A stretch of DNA of 55,076 bases from Minisyncoccota bacterium (lineage in GTDB: Bacteria > Patescibacteriota > Minisyncoccia > Phycocordibacterales > UBA9973). Positions 1 through 8,844 of the stretch are shown here, in pieces. A model generated the notes under the pieces. That model was not told the DNA's origin. It searched no databases and worked only from the letters and a program-made list of their open reading frames with translations. The stretch spans positions 7,558 through 62,633 of the forward strand of contig JAVHNX010000009.1 in the NCBI GenBank assembly GCA_036169735.1, in the 5' to 3' direction. Both the position numbers and the translations under genes were made by a program. Position 1 is the first letter of the stretch; each line of letters begins with the position of its first letter.

Positions 1-2
1 TA

Positions 3-1883
3 AAGGCATACTATACAGACAATGGTACCGAAGTATCTAGCGCACTTTCTCCTGTTTCTTCAACAGTTTCTGTGCCAGTTTTGTGTAATGTTCCTCCTCC
101 AGGAGTTATTCCATCTGCTCCAACAAAATTATTATTGAATAGTATTTCAACTCCTCATTTTGTTTCAATTTATTGGATAGATAATTCTAGTAATGAAGAT
201 AAGTTTAATATTCAAAGAAAATTTAGTAGTGCTACCCAATGGTTTACTATTGGCCAAGTAGGTACAAATATTACTAATTTTATTGATTCGTCAAGTCTTT
301 CGGGTATTAGCTATGATTATCGTATTCAATCTTGTTTGTCTGGTATAGGCTGCTCTGATTATGCATATTTAACTGAAGTGAAAATTGAACCTGTTTTTAA
401 TAACACTACAACAACCCCACCACCAACCAATCAACCAAGTCCAACAAATCAACAAAGTCCAACATCACAACCATTCCCAACGACCAATCAACAGCTTCCA
501 TTGCCGACAACACAATATACACAACCAACAACAACACAGCATGTACCAACAACACAAAATAAAAAATCAATAACACAACAAGCACCAATAACCAATCAAC
601 AAAGTCCAACATCACAACCATTCCAAAGAGCTAATCAACAGTTTCCATCACCGACAACAAATCAACCAACATTAATACCAAATACAACCCCAGCAACAGA
701 GCAAATAAATCAAACAGAATCATCTGACAACATACCTCAAGCAACACCACAAGAAATTGTTGTTTCTGAGACTGCACCACCAACTGTATTTTCTTCACAA
801 GTTCAAGATTTAGGACTTGCTGTTGAAGGGTTTAAAAATTCAGTTGATAGTTCCAAAGAACAATTAGTAAGAACAATAAATGAAAACGTTGCAAATATTG
901 TTAATAATAACGATATATCTGGACAAGAAAATGATGTAGCTAAAATTAATATTTTACGTGATCAGCTATTAGAAAAAATTGATTTGAGACTATCATCTTC
1001 GACGACCATTACTACTTCTGATATAAACAATCTAAATTCAGAAATAAATAAAGGGATTAATAATATTAAATTGGCTGCAGGTGAAAATATAGCAACAACT
1101 CAAGCGAATAATGCTTCAGTAGATATCACAAAAACATTAAGTACTCTTTCAGAAACTGTAAATAATCAATCAGAAGTGTTAAAAGCAAATGGAGGTGATC
1201 TTCTTTATAAAGATAGTAACAAAGATGGTATATCTGACTATGATTCTGTTTATGTTTATAATTTGAACCCAGTAAAACCATCTCCAGTCTCTACTTACAA
1301 TGGAAAAAATATAACTGCTTCTGAAAAGGTTTTATTGGGACTTGATCCAACTAAAACTGAAATAGTAAAAGTAGAAAAAGAACAACCAATAGAGGCCAAG
1401 GCACCTGTTGTCGCTACATATAAAGTTGAAAAAGTGTCTTTAACAGAAAAGAAAGAAATTATTTTCAAGGGTAAGGCTTTACCTAATAGTTTCATAACTG
1501 TATATATTTATAGTACCCCTGTTATGGTAACTGTTAAAACAGATAGCAATGGAGAGTGGGTATATGTATTGGATAAAGAACTTGAAAACGGTGACCATAC
1601 CGTCTATACCGCTACTGTTAATAATTCTGGAAATATTATTGCAAAGAGTACCGGGTTTTTGTTTACTAAAACAGCAGAAGCTGCAACTCTCAAGGATATT
1701 TCTGCAACAGGAGCTTCTGTTAGTGTAGAGAAGCCAGGACTTTTTGAAGGTAATAGTATTTATATTATTTTGATAATAGTTTTTGCAGCTATTTTAATAA
1801 TATTAATTCTTGTTGGTTTGACCAGTAAAAGAAATAGAGAAAAAATTGAAAGAGAAGAGTCTGAAAGACATGTTCTTCATTAA
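3..1883 (+). CDS. Cell-surface protein, probably 5'-truncated by the window edge (FN3-like module, Pro/Thr/Gln-rich linker, Ig-like module, C-terminal TM anchor)
   Basis: The reading frame is open from position 3, with no stop before the GTG at 72 used by the ORF track. The translation shows an FN3-like segment (PSAPTKLLLNSIS..YWIDNSSNEDKFNIQRK..YDYRIQSC) and a PT/Q-rich linker with repeated TNQQSPTSQPF units. It also shows a DSNKDGISDYD Ca-loop-like motif, a beta-rich Ig-like segment, and a terminal hydrophobic helix followed by KRNREK. Confidence 0.6.
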   Translation, partial: KAYYTDNGTEVSSALSPVSSTVSVPVLCNVPPPGVIPSAPTKLLLNSISTPHFVSIYWIDNSSNEDKFNIQRKFSSATQWFTIGQVGTNITNFIDSSSLSGISYDYRIQSCLSGIGCSDYAYLTEVKIEPVFNNTTTTPPPTNQPSPTNQQSPTSQPFPTTNQQLPLPTTQYTQPTTTQHVPTTQNKKSITQQAPITNQQSPTSQPFQRANQQFPSPTTNQPTLIPNTTPATEQINQTESSDNIPQATPQEIVVSETAPPTVFSSQVQDLGLAVEGFKNSVDSSKEQLVRTINENVANIVNNNDISGQENDVAKINILRDQLLEKIDLRLSSSTTITTSDINNLNSEINKGINNIKLAAGENIATTQANNASVDITKTLSTLSETVNNQSEVLKANGGDLLYKDSNKDGISDYDSVYVYNLNPVKPSPVSTYNGKNITASEKVLLGLDPTKTEIVKVEKEQPIEAKAPVVATYKVEKVSLTEKKEIIFKGKALPNSFITVYIYSTPVMVTVKTDSNGEWVYVLDKELENGDHTVYTATVNNSGNIIAKSTGFLFTKTAEAATLKDISATGASVSVEKPGLFEGNSIYIILIIVFAAILIILILVGLTSKRNREKIEREESERHVLH

Positions 1884-1891
1884 AAATAAAA

Positions 1892-1918
1892 AAATCCCCA
1901 TTTCTGATGGGGATTTTT
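1892..1918. terminator. Rho-independent terminator hairpin (bidirectional context)
   Basis: 9-bp stem aaatcccca / tggggattt with a 7-nt loop. An A-run lies upstream and a T-run downstream, directly after the stop at 1883. Confidence 0.6.
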
Positions 1919-2180
1919 AGTATTGTTTTCTTAACCTATCAATCCAATTAAACTTTTTTTGATGTTGAAATTTTTCATTCATTGAAATTACAGTAATTGG
2001 TTTAATCTCTGTAACAATAGATTCAGGTGATAAATTTTTTTCTACCGGTAAACTAGTAGAAGTGGGTAGCTTAGAATTGTTTTCTTCCATACTTTTTTAT
2101 TTTAGGGTTAGACTATTTTTCCGTTTCAAGAATATCACTAAAATATTTATAAGTCAAAAAAATTGATAGGTAAGATAGTT

Positions 2181-3098
2181 TTATCTATTCAAAGGTAGTT
2201 CAATAAAAAATACCGCGCCTTTATTTCTTCCTTTTGATTTTGCATAAATTTTACCACCATGACGATCGATAATTTGTTTTGACAGATAAAGTCTTAATCC
2301 CATACCATCTGGATAGGCGAGTATTGCTTTCTTATTACGGAAAAATCTTGAAAAGATTCTCATCTTGTCATAAAAACTTAAACCCATACCTGTATCTGAA
2401 ATATAAAAAAGTAGTTTGTTATTTGATTTCAAAATACAATCAATTAATATTTTGCCGTCCTTAGGTGTGTAAACGATAGCGTTTTCTAAAAGTGCATCAA
2501 TTGTGAAAGTTATTTTTTTTAAATCGACAGTGAGCAGGGGAATATCTTTAAAAGTAGAAACTTGAAAAGTAATATTTTTTTTATTTATTTCTTCTCTGTA
2601 TTTTATTATTGATTTTTCTACGACGTCTCGAATGGATATTGCTACAAAGACGTAACCAGAAGTATTTTTAATATCTTTGATACCTGCAATCAAGTCAACA
2701 ATTTCTAGAAGTTTTTCTGTGGCATTATTTAAATTTTGAATATATAAAAGTTTTTCATCTTGGGACATATCTCTTTCTAGTTCTTTGCTGATCCAATTTA
2801 TTCGGGTGAGGGGAGTTCGAAAAGTATGGTTCACAATTGAAGTAAATTCGTGTTCTATCTTGTCGGTTGAGAGGCTTAGTTTTATAAAATAAAAAGAAAA
2901 ATATAATATGGATATAGAAGAGATTAAAGGAATGACCCATGAAGGAATAGTATAAAGTGAATCTAAATAATTAGGTTTAAATAATAGGAGAATAATACAA
3001 AATAAGTATAAAAGGATTATTAAACTTTTCGTGAATTTCCAAGTTTGTTGCATATGAATAGTATAACTCATATCTTTTATATATTGAAAGTTATCCAC
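2181..3098 (-). CDS. Membrane-bound sensor histidine kinase (HisKA + HATPase_c), no adjacent response regulator
   Basis: N-terminal hydrophobic helices. H-box FTSIVNHTFRTPLTRINW, N-box LLENAIVYTP, G-boxes SDTGMGL and GMGLRLYLSKQIIDRHGG. Confidence 0.85.
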   Translation of the reverse strand: MDNFQYIKDMSYTIHMQQTWKFTKSLIILLYLFCIILLLFKPNYLDSLYTIPSWVIPLISSISILYFSFYFIKLSLSTDKIEHEFTSIVNHTFRTPLTRINWISKELERDMSQDEKLLYIQNLNNATEKLLEIVDLIAGIKDIKNTSGYVFVAISIRDVVEKSIIKYREEINKKNITFQVSTFKDIPLLTVDLKKITFTIDALLENAIVYTPKDGKILIDCILKSNNKLLFYISDTGMGLSFYDKMRIFSRFFRNKKAILAYPDGMGLRLYLSKQIIDRHGGKIYAKSKGRNKGAVFFIELPLNR

Positions 3099-3421
3099 AT
3101 ATTTCTTATTTTCTACTTACTCTTTGTTGCCAAATTATTTATAATTAAGATACTTCAATGTTGTTGGAGTTGTTGAAAGAAAGTTTAGGAATAGAGGTTC
3201 GTTGTTGTACTTCTTTCCTGTCGTAAGTGTGATTTTTATAAATATTTTTAAGAGTTTTTTCTCTGTGTATGAGTAAATTTTTTAAAATAAAAAAAGAGGC
3301 TCTAGAAGCCCTAAATCTTTATAAGGTTATAGGTTTTTATTAATTAGTTAATTATTAATTTTAATCAGAAGCGTCGCGTTTTAATGGACATTACGCGACA
3401 TGATTCTGCAGAATCAATTAT

Positions 3422-6400
3422 ATGAGTAAAAAAATATTTTCAGCATTAATAACTTTGGTCGCTGTTTTTTCTTTTTTTGTTATTACTCATAATGCTGAAG
3501 CGGCTACGAGCGGACCAAATAATCCAGCGACAGAAGTTGACGATAGCTCTGTCGGCACTATTACTTGGTCGAATCTTACCAGAGTTGTTTCTTCTAATAA
3601 TAGTTATGCGACTGCGAGTCTTAATGACAACATAATAAGTCATTACATAAAAGCTACTAATTTTGGATTCTCTATTCCTTCTGGTGCTACCATTAATGGT
3701 ATTACTGTTGAGGTGGAAAAAAAGGCCGCAACCGCGAGTCGAATTCAAGACTACAGAGTTAGAATTGTAAAGGGAGGAACCATTAGCACAAATGACAGAG
3801 CAAATGCTAATTTCTGGGGAAAATCTGATGCTTACACCACATATGGCAGTACTTCTGATTTGTGGGGAGAAACATGGACATACTCTGATATTAATAATGC
3901 CAATTTCGGAATAGCTTTTTCCGCATATAAAAATTCAACTGCAGGAGCAGGTGTGACTGCTTCTATTGATCACATTAGAATTACAATAACTTACACTGTT
4001 AACACCGCCCCTAATGCTCCGACGTTAGTATCACCAGCTAATGGTTCATACACTAACGACAACACTCCAACTTTATCAGCGAATTATTCAGATTCAGATA
4101 CTGGAGATACTGGAACTACAAATTATAGAATTGCAACAAGCGCGGCAAATTGTACAGCAGGTACAGTTGTGGCTAGTGGGACTTCAACTGCAACTTCAAC
4201 TAACAATGAAAATACAACTTGGACACCAATATCTTCAATAGGCGTTGATACAACTTATTATTGGTGCGCACAAAATAATGATGGTGTTCTCACTTCTTCT
4301 TGGACAAGTATGGGAAATTTTATTTTAGATACAACGAATCCAACTTCATCAATCACATCTCCAGCCAACAATTCATTTTCAACATCAACAACCATCGCCC
4401 TATCAGGTACCTCATCTGATACACATTTGTCTTCAACAACAATCTCTGTCGACAGTGGAAGTTTCGTAGCAACTAGTGGAACAGCTGCAGCTTGGACTTA
4501 CTCTGCCACTGCACTATCACAAGGCTCACATACTTTCCAAACCAAAGCGACTGACACTGCCGGTAACACAGGACTCTCATCTATCGTCACCGTGACAGTC
4601 GACTCTGTCGCCCCAACTCTTTCTCTAGTCCATATCCAATCTAACAACGCAACAACTTCAGTTGCAAAAACAGGGGACGTAGTCACATTAACTTTCACAT
4701 CATCTGAATCAACATCAACTCCAACTGTCACTATCGCTGGAGCTTCATCAACTGTAACCGGTGGCCCAACAGCATGGAGTGCAACACATACCATGCTCAT
4801 CACTGATACCGAAGGTACAGTTCCATTCACAATTAATTTTTCTGACCTAGCAGGAAATGCAGGTACACAAGTTTCAACAACAACTGATTCTTCAAGTGTT
4901 GTTTTTGATCGAACGAATCCAGATACTACTATCTTGACCCATCCTACTGATCCTACAAGTTCAACTTCCGCTTCCTTTACTTTCTCTTCCAATGAAGTTG
5001 GAGCAACCTTTGAATGTGATCTAGATGGAGCTGGTTACTCTTCATGCACTAGTCCAAAAAATTATACATCTCTATCTGATGGTTCACATACATTTTCTGT
5101 TAAGGCCACTGATACAGCAGGGAATATAGATCAAACACCGGCTACTTTTACTTGGAATATAGTTACTAATTTTACTTTCACTCGTCCAGCTTCCACTGGT
5201 ACAGGAACTGGAGTATATGGAGGGACATCTCCAGGCACAGTAAGTTCTGGAACTTCAGTATCTGTCACAGCTACACTTGATGCTAGTTCTAACTTTACAA
5301 GTTGGATAGCAACAGGAGCTGCTGCATCTTGTGATAGTACAACTTCATCTCCGTGTTCATTTACAATGACAGGCGATGCATCAGTTCAAGCAGTTTATAC
5401 TTTGAAAACTTTTACTCTTACTTATATTGCCGGAGCCAATGGTTCCATTACTGGCACAACACCTCAGACAGTTGATTACAATACTAGTGGAACAGAAGTC
5501 ATTGCAGTTGCAGATTCCGGTTATCATTTCACTTCATGGAGTGACGGAGTTTTGACTGCTGCTCGAACTGATTCAAATGTAGTTGCAAATATTTCTGTGA
5601 CTGCTACTTTTGTAGTTAATACACCTGTTCTTGATCATTTCACAATTGATACAATCAGTACTCAAACTGCTGGTACAGCTTTTGATATTGTTATTACTGC
5701 CAAAGATAACAGTGGCAGTACCGTGACTGGTTTTGTCGGTACTGTTGATTTAACCACTAATTCAGGTTCCATTAGTCCCACTACTTCTGGATCTTTTGTG
5801 GGAGGTATAAAAACAGAGAATGTTACTTTGACAGGTTATGGTGCAGGTAGAACAATCACTGCGACTCATACGGGTGGCACAGAAACTGGCACTTCTAATA
5901 CTTTCACTGTTAATTCTTCAGCAACCAAATTTGTTATTATAAATCCTACAGACAATACAGTCGGTAATAATGTTGATGTTACGATTCAAGCACAAGATGG
6001 TTCAGATACTTTAGTGAGTGACTACACAGGGGATGTTACTTTGGTATTATCTGGTGATGCAACTTTTGTGAGTGGTACTGGTTTAGTGCATTTGGTAAAT
6101 GGTACAGTTACAAAAAGTATTACTGATAATACGGCTCAGACAGTAGATTTATCTCTTCTTGATACTGCACTGACTAACTTAAATGTTAGTTCAACACAAG
6201 ATGTTATTTTTTCACCAGGCAATTTGCATCACTTTAGTTTTGACACTATTTCATCTCCCCAAATAGCCGGCTCAGATATTGGTGTAGTTATAACTGCAAA
6301 AGATATCCATAATAATACAGCAACTTCATTCACTAGTACGGTTGATTTCTCCACAACAGCTGGTAGTATCACACCAACTATTTCCAATAATTTTGTTTCT

Positions 6401-8842
6401 GGAGTATTGACTCAAAATGTAATAGTCACCCAATCTGGTGCAGGTAAGACTATTACTGCGACCAAGACAGGAGGTGCTGAAAATGGTATTAGTAATTCAT
6501 TTGTAGTTAACTCAGGAGTGACCGCGAAGTTTATTGTAAATAATCCAGGCAACATGACAGCTGGTACCAGAATAGGTTACACTGTCACACGTAAAGACCA
6601 AAACAATAATCTAGTTACTGGCGGGTCAGATGTAGTTTATCTTTATACTACATCAGGTGTTACTAGTAAATTTTACGATGAAGCGACAGACGGAACCGTA
6701 ATAACTTCTATCTCAATTCCTGACGGTCAATCATTAGTAAATTTCTGGTATTATGATGACAATGAAGGTACCTGGGTAATTACTGCTTCCAATCATACTT
6801 CTGCTACTGACGGAACTGATAGTATTATTGTAAGTATTGCTCCAGTTGCACCAACTCAATTCATCTTTGATGTAGTTTCCAGCGCTACTGTTGGAGATAC
6901 TGTCGTTGTCTCTATTAAAGCTGTAGATGGTGGTAATAATCTAGCTACTTCATACAGTCGAACAGATAGTTCTCTTGTTTTAAATTCTACTGGTAATTCT
7001 ACAGCCAATACAGGTATTAGTTTTAATATAAATAGTGGTGTGGGTACAATAAATATTTCTGATACTACAGCAGAAACTGTTACTTTGTCTTTAGCTGACA
7101 ACAATCCAGATGTTCCTCCTCTTAGTTTAAATACTCGAGATATAACTTTTAATCCGGATGTCTTTGATCACTTCAGTATGGATACTATTTCATCTCCCCA
7201 GACAGCCGGCTCAGATATTGGTGTAGTTATAACTGCAAAAGATATCCATAATAATACAGCAACTTCATTCACTAGTACGGTTGATTTCTCCACAACAGCT
7301 GGTAGTATCACACCAACTATTTCCAATAATTTTGTTTCTGGAGTATTGACTCAAAATGTAATAGTCACCCAATCTGGTGCAGGTAAAACAATTACTGCTA
7401 CAAAGACTGGTGATACTCAATTCTTTACGAGTAATACTTTTGATGTGAACCCTGGCACAGTTGCTAGTTTCATTGTTGAAGCGAGTGGTGGGGGTTCTAT
7501 TGGTACACAAACGATAGCTGTACCTTTTGATATTAAAATTACTGCAAAAGATTCTTTTGGTAATATAGCTACAGGTTTCACTGGTACGGCTGATATTTCT
7601 TCAACCGGTACACTTTCTTCTGGTAGTGGTATAACCTCTTCATTTACAGCAGGTATTTTATCTGCTCATTCTGTAACACTTTCCAATGCTGGTGCATTTA
7701 CAATAACAGCAACACATACAGGTGGATCTGAAACCGGTATTTCAAATAGCTTCACTGTTGCTTCTGCTGCGATTGTCGCGACAAAGTTTATTATAATCGA
7801 TCCATCCGATGTTCAAGTTGGAGGGTCAACAACAGTGACTGTGAAGGCTGTTGATGATCTAGGAAATGTTGATAGTACTTTCCAAGAAGATATTAATTTA
7901 GTTACTTCTGGTAGTGCCACAGGTTCAGGCCTTGTTGATATTATTAATGGTGTCGGTACTTTAAATATTTCTGATTCTATAGTTGAGACAGTCAATCTCT
8001 CCTTAAGCGATATTACACCACCAACAACTCTTATCTTCACCTCAACTCAAAATGTAATTTTCTCAGCAATTCCACCAGTAGTCTCCGGTGGTGGTGGAGG
8101 AGCGGTGAGTGTTTATGTAGCGCCCGTTATTCCAACAATATCTTTCTCTGGTCAAGCATTTCCAACCGGTAATTTAACCGCATTTGCTATTTCCAATGGG
8201 GCTATTCCTATAAAGCAAGATCTTGTGAAAACAACAGATGGTAAATTTAGTTTTAATTTTAGTTCCGCCTTATCAGACGCCAATCAATACGGTCTTCTAA
8301 TCACTGATAAGAATGGTCGTGTTTCTCAAGCTAAAATTTTTACTCTAAAAGATGGAGTTCCTAGTCTTGATGTAAAAGGTTTAGTTATGTCACCAACTGT
8401 TGATTTACTTAGAACTTATTTACCTAAAGGTGATTTCCTTTCTGTAAATGGTTTTACAACACCAAACAGTACAGTCCAGTTTGAAATAGATGGTACGGTT
8501 GTTGCTGATAAAGTAGTAGCAGCCACTGATGGCGCGTATAATCTTCTTTGGAACACAGCAGCACTTGGTTTAGGAAAACATAGTTTAAGAGTCAGACAGA
8601 CCACTTCTGAAGGATTCTTTAGTGAATTTTCTCCAACACAGGATTTTAATTTGACGAGATACTTGATAACGCCAACGGATTTTAATTCGGATGGTAAAAT
8701 AAATGTAAGTGATATGAGTATCTTTTTATCACTATGGTATAATAAAAATAATCTAGAAAGAACTAAAATAGATTTGAACCACGATGGCAAAGTGAATATT
8801 CAAGACTTAAGTATTTTCTCACGAACTATTTATAAAAAATAA
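3422..8842 (+). CDS. Giant secreted Ig-repeat adhesin-like protein (1806 aa) with C-terminal dockerin module
   Basis: Signal peptide MSKKIFSALITLVAVFSFFVITHNAEA. Many Ig-like modules (..SHTFSVKATDTAGN..), a Listeria-Bacteroides-type repeat (GYHFTSWSDG), and about 12 alternating ~95-aa modules (HFxxDTISxxxAG..ITAKD..TITATxTGG). The C-terminus carries a duplicated Ca-loop-helix, DFNSDGKINVSDMSIFLSLW / DLNHDGKVNIQDLSIFSRTI (nt ~8678-8830), matching the dockerin pattern. Confidence 0.85.
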   Translation: MSKKIFSALITLVAVFSFFVITHNAEAATSGPNNPATEVDDSSVGTITWSNLTRVVSSNNSYATASLNDNIISHYIKATNFGFSIPSGATINGITVEVEKKAATASRIQDYRVRIVKGGTISTNDRANANFWGKSDAYTTYGSTSDLWGETWTYSDINNANFGIAFSAYKNSTAGAGVTASIDHIRITITYTVNTAPNAPTLVSPANGSYTNDNTPTLSANYSDSDTGDTGTTNYRIATSAANCTAGTVVASGTSTATSTNNENTTWTPISSIGVDTTYYWCAQNNDGVLTSSWTSMGNFILDTTNPTSSITSPANNSFSTSTTIALSGTSSDTHLSSTTISVDSGSFVATSGTAAAWTYSATALSQGSHTFQTKATDTAGNTGLSSIVTVTVDSVAPTLSLVHIQSNNATTSVAKTGDVVTLTFTSSESTSTPTVTIAGASSTVTGGPTAWSATHTMLITDTEGTVPFTINFSDLAGNAGTQVSTTTDSSSVVFDRTNPDTTILTHPTDPTSSTSASFTFSSNEVGATFECDLDGAGYSSCTSPKNYTSLSDGSHTFSVKATDTAGNIDQTPATFTWNIVTNFTFTRPASTGTGTGVYGGTSPGTVSSGTSVSVTATLDASSNFTSWIATGAAASCDSTTSSPCSFTMTGDASVQAVYTLKTFTLTYIAGANGSITGTTPQTVDYNTSGTEVIAVADSGYHFTSWSDGVLTAARTDSNVVANISVTATFVVNTPVLDHFTIDTISTQTAGTAFDIVITAKDNSGSTVTGFVGTVDLTTNSGSISPTTSGSFVGGIKTENVTLTGYGAGRTITATHTGGTETGTSNTFTVNSSATKFVIINPTDNTVGNNVDVTIQAQDGSDTLVSDYTGDVTLVLSGDATFVSGTGLVHLVNGTVTKSITDNTAQTVDLSLLDTALTNLNVSSTQDVIFSPGNLHHFSFDTISSPQIAGSDIGVVITAKDIHNNTATSFTSTVDFSTTAGSITPTISNNFVSGVLTQNVIVTQSGAGKTITATKTGGAENGISNSFVVNSGVTAKFIVNNPGNMTAGTRIGYTVTRKDQNNNLVTGGSDVVYLYTTSGVTSKFYDEATDGTVITSISIPDGQSLVNFWYYDDNEGTWVITASNHTSATDGTDSIIVSIAPVAPTQFIFDVVSSATVGDTVVVSIKAVDGGNNLATSYSRTDSSLVLNSTGNSTANTGISFNINSGVGTINISDTTAETVTLSLADNNPDVPPLSLNTRDITFNPDVFDHFSMDTISSPQTAGSDIGVVITAKDIHNNTATSFTSTVDFSTTAGSITPTISNNFVSGVLTQNVIVTQSGAGKTITATKTGDTQFFTSNTFDVNPGTVASFIVEASGGGSIGTQTIAVPFDIKITAKDSFGNIATGFTGTADISSTGTLSSGSGITSSFTAGILSAHSVTLSNAGAFTITATHTGGSETGISNSFTVASAAIVATKFIIIDPSDVQVGGSTTVTVKAVDDLGNVDSTFQEDINLVTSGSATGSGLVDIINGVGTLNISDSIVETVNLSLSDITPPTTLIFTSTQNVIFSAIPPVVSGGGGGAVSVYVAPVIPTISFSGQAFPTGNLTAFAISNGAIPIKQDLVKTTDGKFSFNFSSALSDANQYGLLITDKNGRVSQAKIFTLKDGVPSLDVKGLVMSPTVDLLRTYLPKGDFLSVNGFTTPNSTVQFEIDGTVVADKVVAATDGAYNLLWNTAALGLGKHSLRVRQTTSEGFFSEFSPTQDFNLTRYLITPTDFNSDGKINVSDMSIFLSLWYNKNNLERTKIDLNHDGKVNIQDLSIFSRTIYKK
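6265..6447 (+). repeat. Intragenic direct repeat, copy 1 (183 bp, identical to 7204-7386)
   Basis: I aligned the two stretches by eye. They match base for base from agccggctcagatattgg to caatctggtgcaggtaa. The flanks diverge within a few bases. Confidence 0.85.
7204..7386 (+). repeat. Intragenic direct repeat, copy 2 (offset 939 bp = 313 codons, in frame)
   Basis: Same 183-bp block as 6265-6447. The encoded peptide SDIGVVITAKDIHNNTATSFTSTVDFSTTAGSITPTISNNFVSGVLTQNVIVTQSGAGK occurs twice in the ORF translation. Confidence 0.85.
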
Positions 8843-8844
8843 TT

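Noticed and set aside
385-621. Short ORFs in other frames of the Pro/Thr/Gln-rich linker (385-573 +, 406-621 -)
   Set aside because: These are artefacts of low-complexity CA-rich DNA inside the surface-protein gene.
1917-2090. 57-codon minus-strand ORF (MEENNSKLPTSTSLPVEKNL...) between the first surface protein and the histidine kinase
   Set aside because: It is below the track threshold and has no recognisable motif or convincing promoter. It could be real, since it sits just downstream of the kinase and ends at the shared terminator. I cannot support it from the sequence alone.
3401-3416. Perfect 16-bp palindrome tgattctgcagaatca, ending 5 nt before the start codon of the giant adhesin; considered as an operator
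   Set aside because: A zero-loop 8+8 palindrome is expected about once by chance in 55 kb (55,000/4^8, about 0.8). Its position is suggestive, but there is no second site and no nearby DNA-binding regulator gene to support an operator call.
4498-4992. 164-aa minus-strand ORF inside the giant adhesin gene. Similar antisense or alternate-frame ORFs include 3446-3748, 6856-7104, 7813-8040, 8416-8790, 12837-13145, 31982-32362, 33572-33943, 48006-48416 and 52910-53218.
   Set aside because: All are embedded in longer ORFs with clear homology-type motifs on the other strand or frame. Repeat-rich or codon-biased genes commonly leave the opposite strand open.
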